Position numbers and translations under genes: made by a program | Shown here: piece after piece, positions 1 to 10,322 of the stretch | How the letters are laid out: each line of letters begins with the position of its first letter | Position numbering within the stretch: the stretch's first letter is position 1 | Assembly: GCA_016714745.1 (NCBI GenBank) | Contig: JADKCG010000018.1 | Coordinates: 16,981-80,980, forward strand | DNA: 64,000 nt | DNA from: Elusimicrobiota bacterium | Lineage (GTDB): Bacteria; Elusimicrobiota; Elusimicrobia; FEN-1173 | Reading direction: 5' to 3' | The notes under the pieces: model-generated | What the model was told of the DNA's origin: nothing | Databases searched by the model: none | The model's input: the letters and a program-made list of their open reading frames with translations, nothing else

Positions 1-3000
1 AACGCCCAAGCATCTTTATTGTTAGCCCAACTGCCGGGGGCGCAAGCGGTTCGTTTAGATGGCGCCAATATCGGTGCCCACTCATATGATGTTCCTCTTA
101 CTCCGGTCGACGGTATTCCCAGCGCGGACTTAAACGCGGCCCAGACCGCCTTGGCGCGGGACGGGTCGGCGGACTGGTTGGACCCGATCGTCAATCCCTA
201 CGGCACGGTTCGCGAAATTTATTTGTCAAAAAAAGCGGACAGCCCTTTGGTTATTCATATCCAGGACGTTCATGGTTACGTGGACGCGCAAAAAAATATT
301 GCGGGGATGATTGACGGGCTCGCGAAATATCGCGGGGTGAATTTGATTGGAATGGAAGCGGCAGAGGGGGCCTTTGCTTTGGAAGACCTACGCCAGTTCC
401 CAGACCGGGACATAAAAGAGCGGGTGACGAACTGGGCCATCAAGAAGGATTTGATCGGCGGCGCTGAAAAGAGCGGCATTATGTCGGAAAAACCGTTAAC
501 CCTGTGGGGCGTTGAAAACACGCCCCTCTATCAGGCGAACGTCCAGGCGGTGAAAGACTCCCTCACCCATCGATCGAAAGCTCTGAAGTTTCACGGGGAG
601 TTGGTAAAAGATCTGGCCCGCTTAAAGACCGCCGTCTATTCGGATTCACTGAAGAAGTATGACGAAAACCTCACGGCCTATCAAGACCAACGGCGCGGGC
701 TGGGGGACTATTTAAGGCATCTGGCCGGTCAAACCGTGGGCGGAGCGGGGGAACTTACCAAGGATTACCCGAACACGGGCTTGCTTTTAAATGCCCTTGA
801 GCAGGAATCCCGGCTGGACTTTAAGCAAGTGGAACGGGAACGGGTGAGTTTGGTGGAACTTCTCGCGGCCCGGCTCGACGAAAAAACCTTGAACGGGTTG
901 GTGAAAGAAAGCATGGCCTATCGGGCCGGTCGGATAACGTATGGACGGTATTACGCCTACGTGAAAGACCTCTGCCGCCAGGCGAAGATTGATTTGGGGA
1001 AATTCCCGGGGTTGACGGACTACATCGCCTACGTGGGGCTGAGCGAAAAAATCAACCGTAATCATCTTTTGAGCGAATTGGAGAAATTGGAAGAGTCGGT
1101 GGCAACCTCGCTGGCGCGGACAGACGTGGAGCGAAGCGTATTGGCCCTTTCCCGAGACAGCGTTCTTCTCGGCAAGTTATTGAACAACGCCATGACGCCG
1201 GAAGAATGGGCCCGATATCTCGTCCGACGGGGTGAAATAGGTCAACTGGAAGCCCGGAGCAAAACCCAAACCGAACAATCAGGTGTCCCCTTCGAAACAA
1301 TATTCCCACAGGATTTTGCGGGGTTCGTGACGCCCTTCGAAGAATTCTGTCGATTGGCTTTGGCCAGGGACGAAGCCATGGCCGACCGTTTGTTCGCCAA
1401 AATGGGGGAAGACCAGCTCAAAGCGGCCATGCTGGTCACCGGCGGGTTCCACACGGAAGGCCTGTTGGAAGAAATCAAACGACGGGGCGGTTCGTATGTG
1501 GTCCTCACGCCACGGGTTGAAATTGTTCAAAGCGACAAGAATTACCTCGACGCGTTCGCCCACGACCCGGTGCCACTGGAAAAGTTATTCGACGGAGAAA
1601 AAATTGCAATTTTGACGATGCGAACAACGACAGCGAACGCCCAAATAAATCCGTTGCAGGTCGGGCCAACCGCTTCAAGTGCAATTCAATTTGCAGTGTT
1701 GTTGGAGAGTGTTAGACAAGGACTGGCGGTGGGGAAACAGACCTATGAAATTCAGAGAGAACTTGGAAATGAAATCAATGCCCTTAAAGCTAATTTGAAC
1801 CTGGAAAACCAAAAAGGCGGATATTTAACCGTATCCCTCGCTGGTGTCAACTACATGGTGACGTTCAAGGCAAACGGCGATTATGTAATTAAACCGGGGA
1901 CGAATATCCGAAAATTCATAGTGGCTTTCGTCATGCCTATCGCAGAAACCATTCTCTACGGTATCTTGACCCCCATCATGGGTCAACTGCTGGCTGTAGA
2001 TCCCACCGGCATTGGGTGGGCAATCGGTTTTCTCGCCCCAATGGTAATTGGTTTCCTGTCCGCCATGGCCCATGTCATTTTGTGGAAATTGCAAGGGAAA
2101 AAGCCGACCCTGCGCGACTTTTTTCTTTGGTGGGGGGAGGGGACTTTGTTTTCCCTCCCGTTCACATTGTTTCCTTTACTGGACTGGAACGGAGATGTGT
2201 TCGCTTCCTGGGTTCCCCACGCTTTCCTAAACCCTGCGGTGGTTTTCGGATTCACCGACCGCCTCGGCGATAAATATCAACTGCCCTGGCTAAAAAACTT
2301 GAAACCGGCGTCCCTCCTCTCCCCGCCCGCTGAAAGTAACCAGGAAAGAATCCTTTCGTTTCTTCTCGCGTCTCTCTCTTTATTTTACCCGACCGAGATT
2401 CTCTCGAACCCCTTGAATGCTTTCCTTCAACGCTTGCGCGGCCGCCCGCCCCCGTCGAGTTCTATTCACAGCGGAACAATATCCCAAATTATCAACCGGG
2501 ATGGCTCTATTAACCCGGTCGATATTTCCCGCTTACTGAGTGCGGTATACGCTCCCATCAACATAAAAGGGTTCGACACTTTAGGCTTATTTTCCTCTTC
2601 CAAAAAAACAGATGAGTCCGACATCACAAAAGTGTTCCCGCAATCCATGACATTTGGGATTGAAATTGAATTCCAGTTAAACAAACAAAATGGAAGTCCA
2701 GAAAGTGTTTTAGCTGCCGTGAACTCCATTCTTATTAAAAACGGTTGGCCTCCGTTGTTGGATTACAGTGGAAACTTTAAAGAGGCCACGTCGGTCGTTA
2801 TGCGAAATACGCCGGGCGATTGGGCGCGACTGAAGGCCGTTTTAAAAGCTTTGCAAGAGGATCCCCTCTCCCAGGGGGTCTACAGCGTTCATATGCACAT
2901 CGGAAATCGGGAGATGAACCAACAGGCTGTGCACGCCAAAAAGGGTCAGGTAGGGCGGATCGGAAAAGCCTTTGAGGCCATGTGGCGGGCTCTCTCTGGC

Positions 3001-4311
3001 CGGGGGTATTCTCGTCCCGGAGGAAACATCAGTCCCATGCGCCCCGGTGCTCTTCTGGGGGATAGAACGTTGTTTTTTCATGAATCGATCATCAACCTAA
3101 GCGGCCGGTATCCCACCATCGAGGTGAAGATCATTTCCGGCTTGCTAAACGAAAAGGGTCATTTGCCTATGGAGGATCTGGAGGACCATCTTTGGTTCGT
3201 CTTCGCCCTGTTCACGGCCGCCACCCATCCAGACCGACAACTTCCCCTTGTTGAGTTGGGCCGCCCGGTCATCGCCGGCGAAAAACCCTCAGGTCAACAG
3301 ATTAAAGCCTTCTTAGACCAGGTGTTCGGCGATTGGGATCCCCATGGGAGACGGCTGGCCGAGGCCAAATTCAATTCTTTGGCCGACGTTGACGCCGGGT
3401 TAACCTTTGAAGAAATTATTAAAGGACAAAATGCTATCAAAGAAGTCTACCGCAAAGCCGGGCTTGGCCTGGTATACGATTTGCACGACGCTGCGGAAGG
3501 GCATATCGATTTAGACATCATCGAGCATCTCCTCCAACCTGAAAACCTTAAATCCCTCGCCACGGACCTGGTTGGATCCGGCGCGAGCGATGAACAGGCG
3601 TTGGGGTTTTTCCCTGCGGGAATGTACGTGCCCCTGCTGGAAGCCCTGGCCCTGGCGCGGCGTGAAATACAAGAAAATGTTGTCCCCAACAAACAGGAAT
3701 TCTCGGAAGTCCTTAGGGAATTATCGAATACTTTCATCGTGCGAAACCCCCGGGTCGAATTCGCAAGATACATCCAAGAGATTCAACCTTCCCGCTCAAG
3801 GGTAGTCTCCGATACGTTCAATCGCTATTTGACCGGTGAGATCCCTATGGGTACGCTCACGTCCGAATTTTTTCGGGTGACGCCAAGACCAAACATTCGG
3901 AGGGATTTACCGGCTCGGGTGTTTACGCCGAGTCTGATGGAACCCCGCTTTCGCGAGGATGCTCCCATGATTCGGGGTGAACGTGTGGAATCGACTATCC
4001 GTTGGTTGTTAAAAATAGGATATTCAAAACGTTCCATCACGGGGATTTCAATGCTGGTCTTTTCACTGACGGTTTCCCTTGTGAACCTGGCGCTCTACAT
4101 TCCCAACCTGATATCCACGACGGTCTATTTAGAAACGATTTTCTGGGCCTTTGGCTCATCTGTCGTTGGAATCTTTGGCCTGCTGGGATACAAACAATTT
4201 CTTAAGTCCATCAGTCTCGGGCGATGGGCGAGGGCCGACACGAAATCGGCGAACTCCGATGAAGTGACCTTTGTCATTCGCCGTTTATTCCGTCTCACCA
4301 AGGCGATTTAA
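1..4311 (+). CDS. large multidomain membrane protein with an amidoligase-like module (5' partial)
   Basis: The reading frame is open to base 1, with no upstream stop, so the gene is probably truncated by the window edge. The soluble N-terminal region contains VIHIQDVHG and VTGGFHTEG. A polytopic hydrophobic block spans about aa 640-760. The central segment FGIEIEFQL ... VYSVHMHIG ... RYPTIEVKIISG resembles the signature of glutamine-synthetase-like amidoligases (Pfam Amidoligase_2). Two TM helices lie at the C-terminus. Confidence 0.5.
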   Translation, partial: NAQASLLLAQLPGAQAVRLDGANIGAHSYDVPLTPVDGIPSADLNAAQTALARDGSADWLDPIVNPYGTVREIYLSKKADSPLVIHIQDVHGYVDAQKNIAGMIDGLAKYRGVNLIGMEAAEGAFALEDLRQFPDRDIKERVTNWAIKKDLIGGAEKSGIMSEKPLTLWGVENTPLYQANVQAVKDSLTHRSKALKFHGELVKDLARLKTAVYSDSLKKYDENLTAYQDQRRGLGDYLRHLAGQTVGGAGELTKDYPNTGLLLNALEQESRLDFKQVERERVSLVELLAARLDEKTLNGLVKESMAYRAGRITYGRYYAYVKDLCRQAKIDLGKFPGLTDYIAYVGLSEKINRNHLLSELEKLEESVATSLARTDVERSVLALSRDSVLLGKLLNNAMTPEEWARYLVRRGEIGQLEARSKTQTEQSGVPFETIFPQDFAGFVTPFEEFCRLALARDEAMADRLFAKMGEDQLKAAMLVTGGFHTEGLLEEIKRRGGSYVVLTPRVEIVQSDKNYLDAFAHDPVPLEKLFDGEKIAILTMRTTTANAQINPLQVGPTASSAIQFAVLLESVRQGLAVGKQTYEIQRELGNEINALKANLNLENQKGGYLTVSLAGVNYMVTFKANGDYVIKPGTNIRKFIVAFVMPIAETILYGILTPIMGQLLAVDPTGIGWAIGFLAPMVIGFLSAMAHVILWKLQGKKPTLRDFFLWWGEGTLFSLPFTLFPLLDWNGDVFASWVPHAFLNPAVVFGFTDRLGDKYQLPWLKNLKPASLLSPPAESNQERILSFLLASLSLFYPTEILSNPLNAFLQRLRGRPPPSSSIHSGTISQIINRDGSINPVDISRLLSAVYAPINIKGFDTLGLFSSSKKTDESDITKVFPQSMTFGIEIEFQLNKQNGSPESVLAAVNSILIKNGWPPLLDYSGNFKEATSVVMRNTPGDWARLKAVLKALQEDPLSQGVYSVHMHIGNREMNQQAVHAKKGQVGRIGKAFEAMWRALSGRGYSRPGGNISPMRPGALLGDRTLFFHESIINLSGRYPTIEVKIISGLLNEKGHLPMEDLEDHLWFVFALFTAATHPDRQLPLVELGRPVIAGEKPSGQQIKAFLDQVFGDWDPHGRRLAEAKFNSLADVDAGLTFEEIIKGQNAIKEVYRKAGLGLVYDLHDAAEGHIDLDIIEHLLQPENLKSLATDLVGSGASDEQALGFFPAGMYVPLLEALALARREIQENVVPNKQEFSEVLRELSNTFIVRNPRVEFARYIQEIQPSRSRVVSDTFNRYLTGEIPMGTLTSEFFRVTPRPNIRRDLPARVFTPSLMEPRFREDAPMIRGERVESTIRWLLKIGYSKRSITGISMLVFSLTVSLVNLALYIPNLISTTVYLETIFWAFGSSVVGIFGLLGYKQFLKSISLGRWARADTKSANSDEVTFVIRRLFRLTKAI

Positions 4312-4322
4312 AAAAAATCGTC

Positions 4323-6341
4323 TTGGTCTCCCGTATAATAGAAGACGACAGCCATGTCGTAAGAGGAGCCTACAGCATATCGGATGACGGCAAAACCCTG
4401 ACACTCAAATCCCTTCCAGATCAAGGATCCGATCAATTCGCCAAAAATGCCCACTTTGATCCTTTAAGTGGGACCCTTTTCGTTTTGGAAACCGTCGCTC
4501 GTTCCTCCTCTTTTGCCCTGGGAACTGTGTTGGCCCACGAAATCGGGAAAAAGGAATTTTACCGCTGGACGTTTCAAACCTCCTTGTTGGATAACGCGCG
4601 CGTCGCCGAGTTTTTCGGAAACCTCTACGAAATCCTGTATCTCATGAATCTACCCCTCCCCCGCATCACCGAGGCCAACCCAAATAAACGAGGAAGCATT
4701 TGGGCCTTCCTGGCCGTGTTGGCAATCTCTTTAGCCGCCCAGTTTTGGAATCCACCCGCCATCGAATCTCCGCCAACGGGCCTTCCCCAAACCGTTTTAA
4801 AGCGAGAGGTGGCGAACCCGGTAATTCCGTTAGAAAAGACGGACGGCGCCTTCATTAGCGCGCTCTTTGACAGTATAAAAGAGCGAGAAGGAACGGCCGG
4901 TAATTTTCAGAACACCGAAGGATTGATCCGAGCCCTCATAGATCTGAACGGGGTTAACTCCATTGCGGAATTGAGGGATTTGGAGACCATCCTCTATCCG
5001 GTTTGGCCCATAACTTCAAGCGAGCAACCTGGTTCCTGGAATATCTTGAGAATTCTTGGTTTGAACAGCGTGGCGGGAGCGTTAATTGAGGCCTTGCTAT
5101 ATCTGTTTGGAGCAGCATTGATCGGGAACGCCCTGATACCTGCCGGGGAGTTGAGTTTAGTAGTGATGATCCCGCTCTTTTTTGATGTCACTGGAACGGC
5201 CTTTCTTGCACTGATCGCTTTGGATTTCTTTACTCATTTCTTCGGCGGGGTTGGACAGGCAAACAGGCAACCCAGCGTAACGATCTGGAACGATGGCTTG
5301 GTGAAGACTGCCAAGGAGGCATTGAAGGCAACTTATACGGCGACCAATAACGCCTACATGCTCCCCTTTGTTGTGTTGGGACTGTTGATGATGCCCATCG
5401 CTCCTTTGGTGGGGTGGGCCATGGCTGTTTTTGGATTCATGCTTGGCGCCTACAAGCATGCCATGGCGAACTATACGATTGAAATTTCGTCTCAAGTGTC
5501 TCATCCGATGGCCGGGGTCACTGTATTATCTACTCCGATTACCGAGGAAGGGATATTAGTCCCAGCCCCAACGGCGTCATTGAACAAGATGCTGAAATTT
5601 GTTTTTGCCGGGGGAAAAGCACGAACCCAATACGACGGCGTCTTAAAGGCTATTCACAGAGTCAGCGTAACTGGACAGGGCCTTTTAGCCGCCAACGAAA
5701 ATTCTTTATCTTCAGCAACCTTGGCCGAGAATCAAGCCGCTTGGGTAGCTCAGCAGGCTCTTGCCAACCGGGGAGAGCGGGGGCTAGATGCGATGCAGGC
5801 TCTCATGATTTTCTTGAATAAGTTGGCTTTTTTTGCGGGGCATGTGAAAGAAATGGCTGTCGGTTATGCTCCTGGCGCTCCCATGCTAATCGAAGTTCCC
5901 ACAAGTGAAATGATTAAAGCGAACCCCATGGGAATGGAAGCCTTGGCTTCCGTGGTTATGGCTGGATTGGAGGTAAGCAATCGTCCCATGGTCCTTGTAA
6001 TGAGAGGGGATGATACTGGTCAGGATCCGATCAATCAGATTCAAGCTATACTTAATTCATTCTCTCCAACGGCAGCGACAAAGTTTCAGGAGAAAGTAAA
6101 TAAGAACGAAATCAAAACGATCAGGGCTGAAGGCAACATGTTACTAGACAATAAATTCCATATTCGAAATATCCTCAGTTTAACTTTCAGCCAAAATAAT
6201 TATACTGAAGCATTCGTTTTTGGTGATGAGACTCACTTTGAATCCGCGGGAATTCAAGCCGAGTTTAGGAATTATTTTAGGTTAGCCGAAAGTTTGACTA
6301 AAATCTTGAGACAAAATATACTTTTCGACATTCAAGCCTAG
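4323..6341 (+). CDS. hypothetical polytopic membrane protein, probably co-transcribed with the upstream giant gene
   Basis: 672-aa ORF starting 12 nt after the upstream stop (TTG start in the track). Several hydrophobic helices occur at aa 120-140 and 250-390. It contains an AHEIGKKE motif. I recognise no family. Confidence 0.45.
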   Translation: MVSRIIEDDSHVVRGAYSISDDGKTLTLKSLPDQGSDQFAKNAHFDPLSGTLFVLETVARSSSFALGTVLAHEIGKKEFYRWTFQTSLLDNARVAEFFGNLYEILYLMNLPLPRITEANPNKRGSIWAFLAVLAISLAAQFWNPPAIESPPTGLPQTVLKREVANPVIPLEKTDGAFISALFDSIKEREGTAGNFQNTEGLIRALIDLNGVNSIAELRDLETILYPVWPITSSEQPGSWNILRILGLNSVAGALIEALLYLFGAALIGNALIPAGELSLVVMIPLFFDVTGTAFLALIALDFFTHFFGGVGQANRQPSVTIWNDGLVKTAKEALKATYTATNNAYMLPFVVLGLLMMPIAPLVGWAMAVFGFMLGAYKHAMANYTIEISSQVSHPMAGVTVLSTPITEEGILVPAPTASLNKMLKFVFAGGKARTQYDGVLKAIHRVSVTGQGLLAANENSLSSATLAENQAAWVAQQALANRGERGLDAMQALMIFLNKLAFFAGHVKEMAVGYAPGAPMLIEVPTSEMIKANPMGMEALASVVMAGLEVSNRPMVLVMRGDDTGQDPINQIQAILNSFSPTAATKFQEKVNKNEIKTIRAEGNMLLDNKFHIRNILSLTFSQNNYTEAFVFGDETHFESAGIQAEFRNYFRLAESLTKILRQNILFDIQA

Positions 6342-6457
6342 TAGAAAAAGGGGACGGAGTGCACTCATTGACTTTCCCTCAATTCTGTCAAAAAACAGGA
6401 CCTAGTGCTGGATTCCCGATAAAAGTGTTCGGGAATGACGAAGAGGCGGTTGTGGAA

Positions 6458-6813
6458 TTAGGCCCTTGAAAGAAACTTTTCGAGGACAAAAATTTTTCGC
6501 ACTCTGAAATCCAGAGGACTTTCTGCCAGGGCGATCGCTTGCAGGCTGTCAAACCCTGAAACAAACCAGGCTTTTGGAGAGGCGGGAACAGATTCAAGCC
6601 AGGTCGGGGGGGGGGAATAGTCAATTCTCGGCATAGGGATTCGGCTGTTGAAGCCAGCAGTGCGTCCAGGGCGGGGTCACCGGGCGAAAAGGGTTCTTGA
6701 AGGGCCAGGAGGTTGTGTTCTTGGCGAAAGTCGTCAACAAAATCCATCAGCGGAATGCGCCACAGGGCCGGATTGTTGATCATCGCGACATGGGTTTCTT
6801 TTAAAGTGATCAT
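6458..6813 (-). CDS. hypothetical protein, second gene of a small two-gene cassette, frame broken at a G10/C10 run
   Basis: The track ORF 6388..6813 turns into low-complexity sequence after the homopolymer at 6601-6610. Shifting frame there gives ...TWLESVPASPKAWFVSGFDSLQAIALAESPLDFRVRKIFVLEKFLSRA and a stop at 6458-6460. Confidence 0.4.
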
Positions 6814-6944
6814 GGACGAACAATCTCCTCAACAAAAAACCGTGTGGCAGGACGAAAAAGAAAAATTTCGCCTTTCAATTCTTTCTTGGCCAGTGCTTTG
6901 TTGAGTTTTAAAAGGGCGTTTTCGATTTCTGATTTATCTAGCAT
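6810..6944 (-). CDS. small hypothetical protein (44 aa), translationally coupled to the downstream gene
   Basis: My own translation is MLDKSEIENALLKLNKALAKKELKGEIFLFRPATRFFVEEIVRP. An AAGGAA Shine-Dalgarno sequence lies 5 nt upstream of the ATG. The stop overlaps the next start as ATGA. It is too short to appear in the ORF track. Confidence 0.3.
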   Translation of the reverse strand: MLDKSEIENALLKLNKALAKKELKGEIFLFRPATRFFVEEIVRP

Positions 6945-6988
6945 CGGAGTTCCTTGGATGTAAGAAAAATTAGACCTTATTTAGTTTA

Positions 6989-8744
6989 TCAGTTTAGCTT
7001 GTAATCGTTCCACTTTTGGTCGACTCGGGTCACCACGTCGGAATCCATGCGTAGCGGTTCGGGGTAACCCGGTTTCCAGGTCGCGTCGATGCCCAGGGGT
7101 CCCCTCAGTTTTGGCCAGGCGCCATCCAGGTGCGCGCCGGCTGGCACGATGTCCCGGGCGCAGTCGAACCGGGTGAAAATACCCCAAATCAGCCGTTCTT
7201 CGTCGTCCAGGGGCACATCGTCACCGACAGCCGCGATGAGAGGAAACCCGGCGAAGGCCGGGTCTTTGACCAGCCGTTCAATCACCGGTCGGCCGGCGCC
7301 TTTGACTTTGACCACCAACAAACTGTCGCGCAGGTTTCGAGATTCCAAAATATCTTTGTCGGCAGACGGTCCCTGGGGCGGAACGGGTGGGCGGGCAACG
7401 GACTTTTTTCCGCCTGTGGCGTCCAAAATCATTTTGCTTCCCAAATTCATCTTGAAACTGGTGAAATCCAGGGTGTCCTGGGCGGTGCCGGGAATCAAAA
7501 TGAAATCTTCGGCTGGATCGAAGTTTTTTCGCAGTGCGTCCAATACATCGGAAAAGTTGCGCACGTTAACGGTGGGGTCAACCACGATCACAATTTTCGT
7601 TAACGACATTTGCCCCTGTCCCATCAATCCCAGAGCGGTTTTAATCCCTTCTTTTGCATACCGTTGTTTAACCGACGCCACCGCCAAATTGTGAAACCCC
7701 GCTTCTTGATACGTCCACAAATCCACCAGTTCTGGGCGCATGGCTTTGAGTAGGGGAATTAACATCTCGTTCACGGCGTTCCCCATGAACTTGTCTTCTT
7801 GGGGGGGAATACCCACAACCGTGGCGGGATAAATCGGGATTATGTCGACGATGGACCTTTTGAATATGGAACACGGGGTAGGGGGCCGCGTGGCTGTAAT
7901 GGCCAAAATGGTCCCCAAACGGCCCCTCCATTCGCCTTTCGCCAGGGGGCACAAACCCTTCCAAAATAAATTCCGCATCAGCGGGCGCTCTTACCCCGTT
8001 GGACAGTTGAACCAGGGGAACCCGTTTCCCCCGTAAGAAGCTGGCGAATGCCAGCTCGTCCATGTTTTCGGGGAGGGGGAGAATGGACGATAAAATGGTG
8101 ATGGGATCGCCCCCCAGAACCACGGCGACGGGCATGGGTTTGTTCAGCGATTCCCATTCCGCGTAGTGGGCCCCGCCGCCGCGCTCAATTTGCATGTGCA
8201 TGCCGGTGGTGGTTTTGTCAAAGGTGTGAAGGCGATACATGCCCACGTTGGCTTTTCCCGCGGGGTTTTGGGTAATGACCAAGGGCAGTGTAAAAAACCG
8301 CCCGCCATCTTTTGGCCAACAGGTGAGAATCGGCAGTGTGTCTAAATCAGGAGTTTCCGTCACTTCTGTCACAGGCCCGGTGGAAACGCGACGCGGCGCC
8401 ATTTTCGCCGCGCGTGCCAGCAACCCCTTGTGCCGCCATAAGGCCGAGAGCGAAGGGGGGAAAAAGTCTTCCGCGGCCCGGTGCAGTTCTTCGCCGATTT
8501 CCGCCGGCGGCCGCCCCAGCGCCATCTCCATCCGGCGCGCTGACCCAAACAGATTTATGGCCAGCGGATAGGGCGAGCCTTTCACCTTTTCAAACAGCAG
8601 TGCCGGCCCACCGGCCTTTACCACGCGGGTGACAATTTCGGTAATCTCTAAGGCCGGATCCACCTCAACGGAGATCCGCTTAAGCTGGCCCGCTTTCTCA
8701 AGGGCCAAAACAAACGAGGGAAGGTCATCAAACGGCCGAGACAT
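6989..8744 (-). CDS. UbiD-family prenyl-FMN-dependent decarboxylase (menaquinone/ubiquinone type), apparent frameshift near 7833-7838
   Basis: The N-terminal ORF (7668..8744) reads MSRPFDDLPSFVLALEKAGQLKRISVEVDP...PVFHIQKVHRRHNP. The C-terminal ORF (6989..7978) continues in another frame with IYPATVVGIPPQEDKFMG. Both are typical UbiD sequence, and the junction lies at a CCC/GGG run. Confidence 0.85.
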
Positions 8745-8778
8745 AGTTCAGGAACCTCAGGTCAGGGTGTTTCTTCTC

Positions 8779-9330
8779 TTACATATCCTTCGCGCGCCAC
8801 CCCGCCTCCACCGGCAACCCCACCGCCCCCCGCACTTTGTCGACGAACCCATTGATGAGGTCCGGAAGTGATTGCGGCTTTTGGTAAAACGGCGGACACA
8901 CCGGCATGATCATGGCCCCAGCCATGGACAGTTTATGGGCGTTCTCTAAATCAATGGTGGAAAGAGGGGTTTCCCGCAAACAGATAATGAGTTTGCGCCG
9001 TTCTTTTAATGCCACGGCCGCACACCGCGTTATTAAGTTGTCCCCAATGCCGTGGGCGATTTTGCCGAGGGTCGATACCGAACAGGGCAAAATAACGAAC
9101 GCGTCGAAGGCATTTGACCCCGACGCCAAGGGCGCGTTCAAATCGTCGTTCGCAAAAATCCGTTTGGTGAACGTGGCCAAACTTTCCGGCGTCAAACCGG
9201 TCTCTTGATGAAGCACAGATTTTCCCCAGCGTGACAAAATGAGATAGGACTCTTCATCTCCCAGCCGACGAAGAAATTCCACCGCAAAAATAGACCCGGA
9301 TGCTCCCGTCACTCCCAGCACAATGCGCAT
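8779..9330 (-). CDS. ubiX: UbiX-family flavin prenyltransferase
   Basis: MRIVLGVTGASGSIFAVEFLRRL... 183 aa, a typical UbiX/Pad1 length and N-terminal flavin-binding motif. It sits next to the UbiD homolog. Confidence 0.85.
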   Translation of the reverse strand: MRIVLGVTGASGSIFAVEFLRRLGDEESYLILSRWGKSVLHQETGLTPESLATFTKRIFANDDLNAPLASGSNAFDAFVILPCSVSTLGKIAHGIGDNLITRCAAVALKERRKLIICLRETPLSTIDLENAHKLSMAGAMIMPVCPPFYQKPQSLPDLINGFVDKVRGAVGLPVEAGWRAKDM

Positions 9331-9342
9331 CGGTAACCCCCT

Positions 9343-10214
9343 TTAGAATTCTGGCCGTAGACCAATAAAAATCATGCCGAACACCACAAACCCTGTCAGC
9401 ACGTTGATCTTGAAAAAAGCCAAGTCCACATGGTCCACGACCACATGTTCCAGCAAAAGCAAAACCCCGGCACATAAACACAAAAACGCTGAATTTGTCC
9501 CGCTCAAGGTTGAGAAGAAAAGCGCGATCAACGCTAGAAAGGAAAAGAAATGGACGATCGCCGCCACGCGAAGCGCTCCCCGTCGACCCATCCGAGCGGG
9601 AAGAGAAAACAATCCTGCCTCGCGGTCAAACCGTTCATCCATGGTGGAGTAAATGATATCGAACCCGGTTGTCCAAAGGAAACTAAAAAAAGCCAAGATC
9701 CACGCCGGCCAACTGCCTTCAAACCCTGGCCGTATGGCAAACCATCCCGCCAACGGCACCATGGCCCAGGTCATGCCAAGCCCAAAATGGCACAACCAAG
9801 TAAACCGTTTGAGCAGGGGATAAACAACAAAGAGCAAAACAGGAATCCAACTCCACAACAAGCAAAAGGGGTTAATCGACATGGCCGCCCAGACATAGAC
9901 AACCAACCCCAACAGGGCGACGAGAATCGCGTCAACGATACTAAGCGCCCCGGTCACCAGTTCCCGCATGGCTGTGCGCGGATTAATGGCATCCACCCGC
10001 ACATCAATCAACCGGTTCAGCGCCAGGGCCAGCGTGCGCCGGCCCCGGCCACCATCACCAGCGAAGTCACCATCCGGGCCACCCTTGGACCAGAAACTCC
10101 CAAAGAGGAGTGGCAGAGAAAAAGCGTATGTTCCAGTTTAAGGAACCGGGCATAGGTTTTGACCCGGTCCACCCAAACATCGATCCGCGAACCATGGAGG
10201 GCAGTATTCTTCAT
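9343..10214 (-). CDS. UbiA-family aromatic prenyltransferase, N-terminus interrupted by two or more frame changes
   Basis: The 222-aa ORF has LNRLIDVRVDAINPRT (the NxxxDxxxD prenyltransferase motif) and DIIYSTMDERFDREAG. The upstream ORF (10017..10214) begins ...KTYARFLKLEHTLF. SLPLLFGSFWS and TLALALNRLID are only readable in alternating frames across 10020-10125. Confidence 0.75.
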
Positions 10215-10322
10215 GGGAAAGTTAATTCTACCAAATCCAACGACGAGAGATGATATAATGATCTCTCCGCTTTTGGGAGCGCGGGCATCCTGCCCGCCAA
10301 TCTTTGAGGTCTCGGAAGGGTC

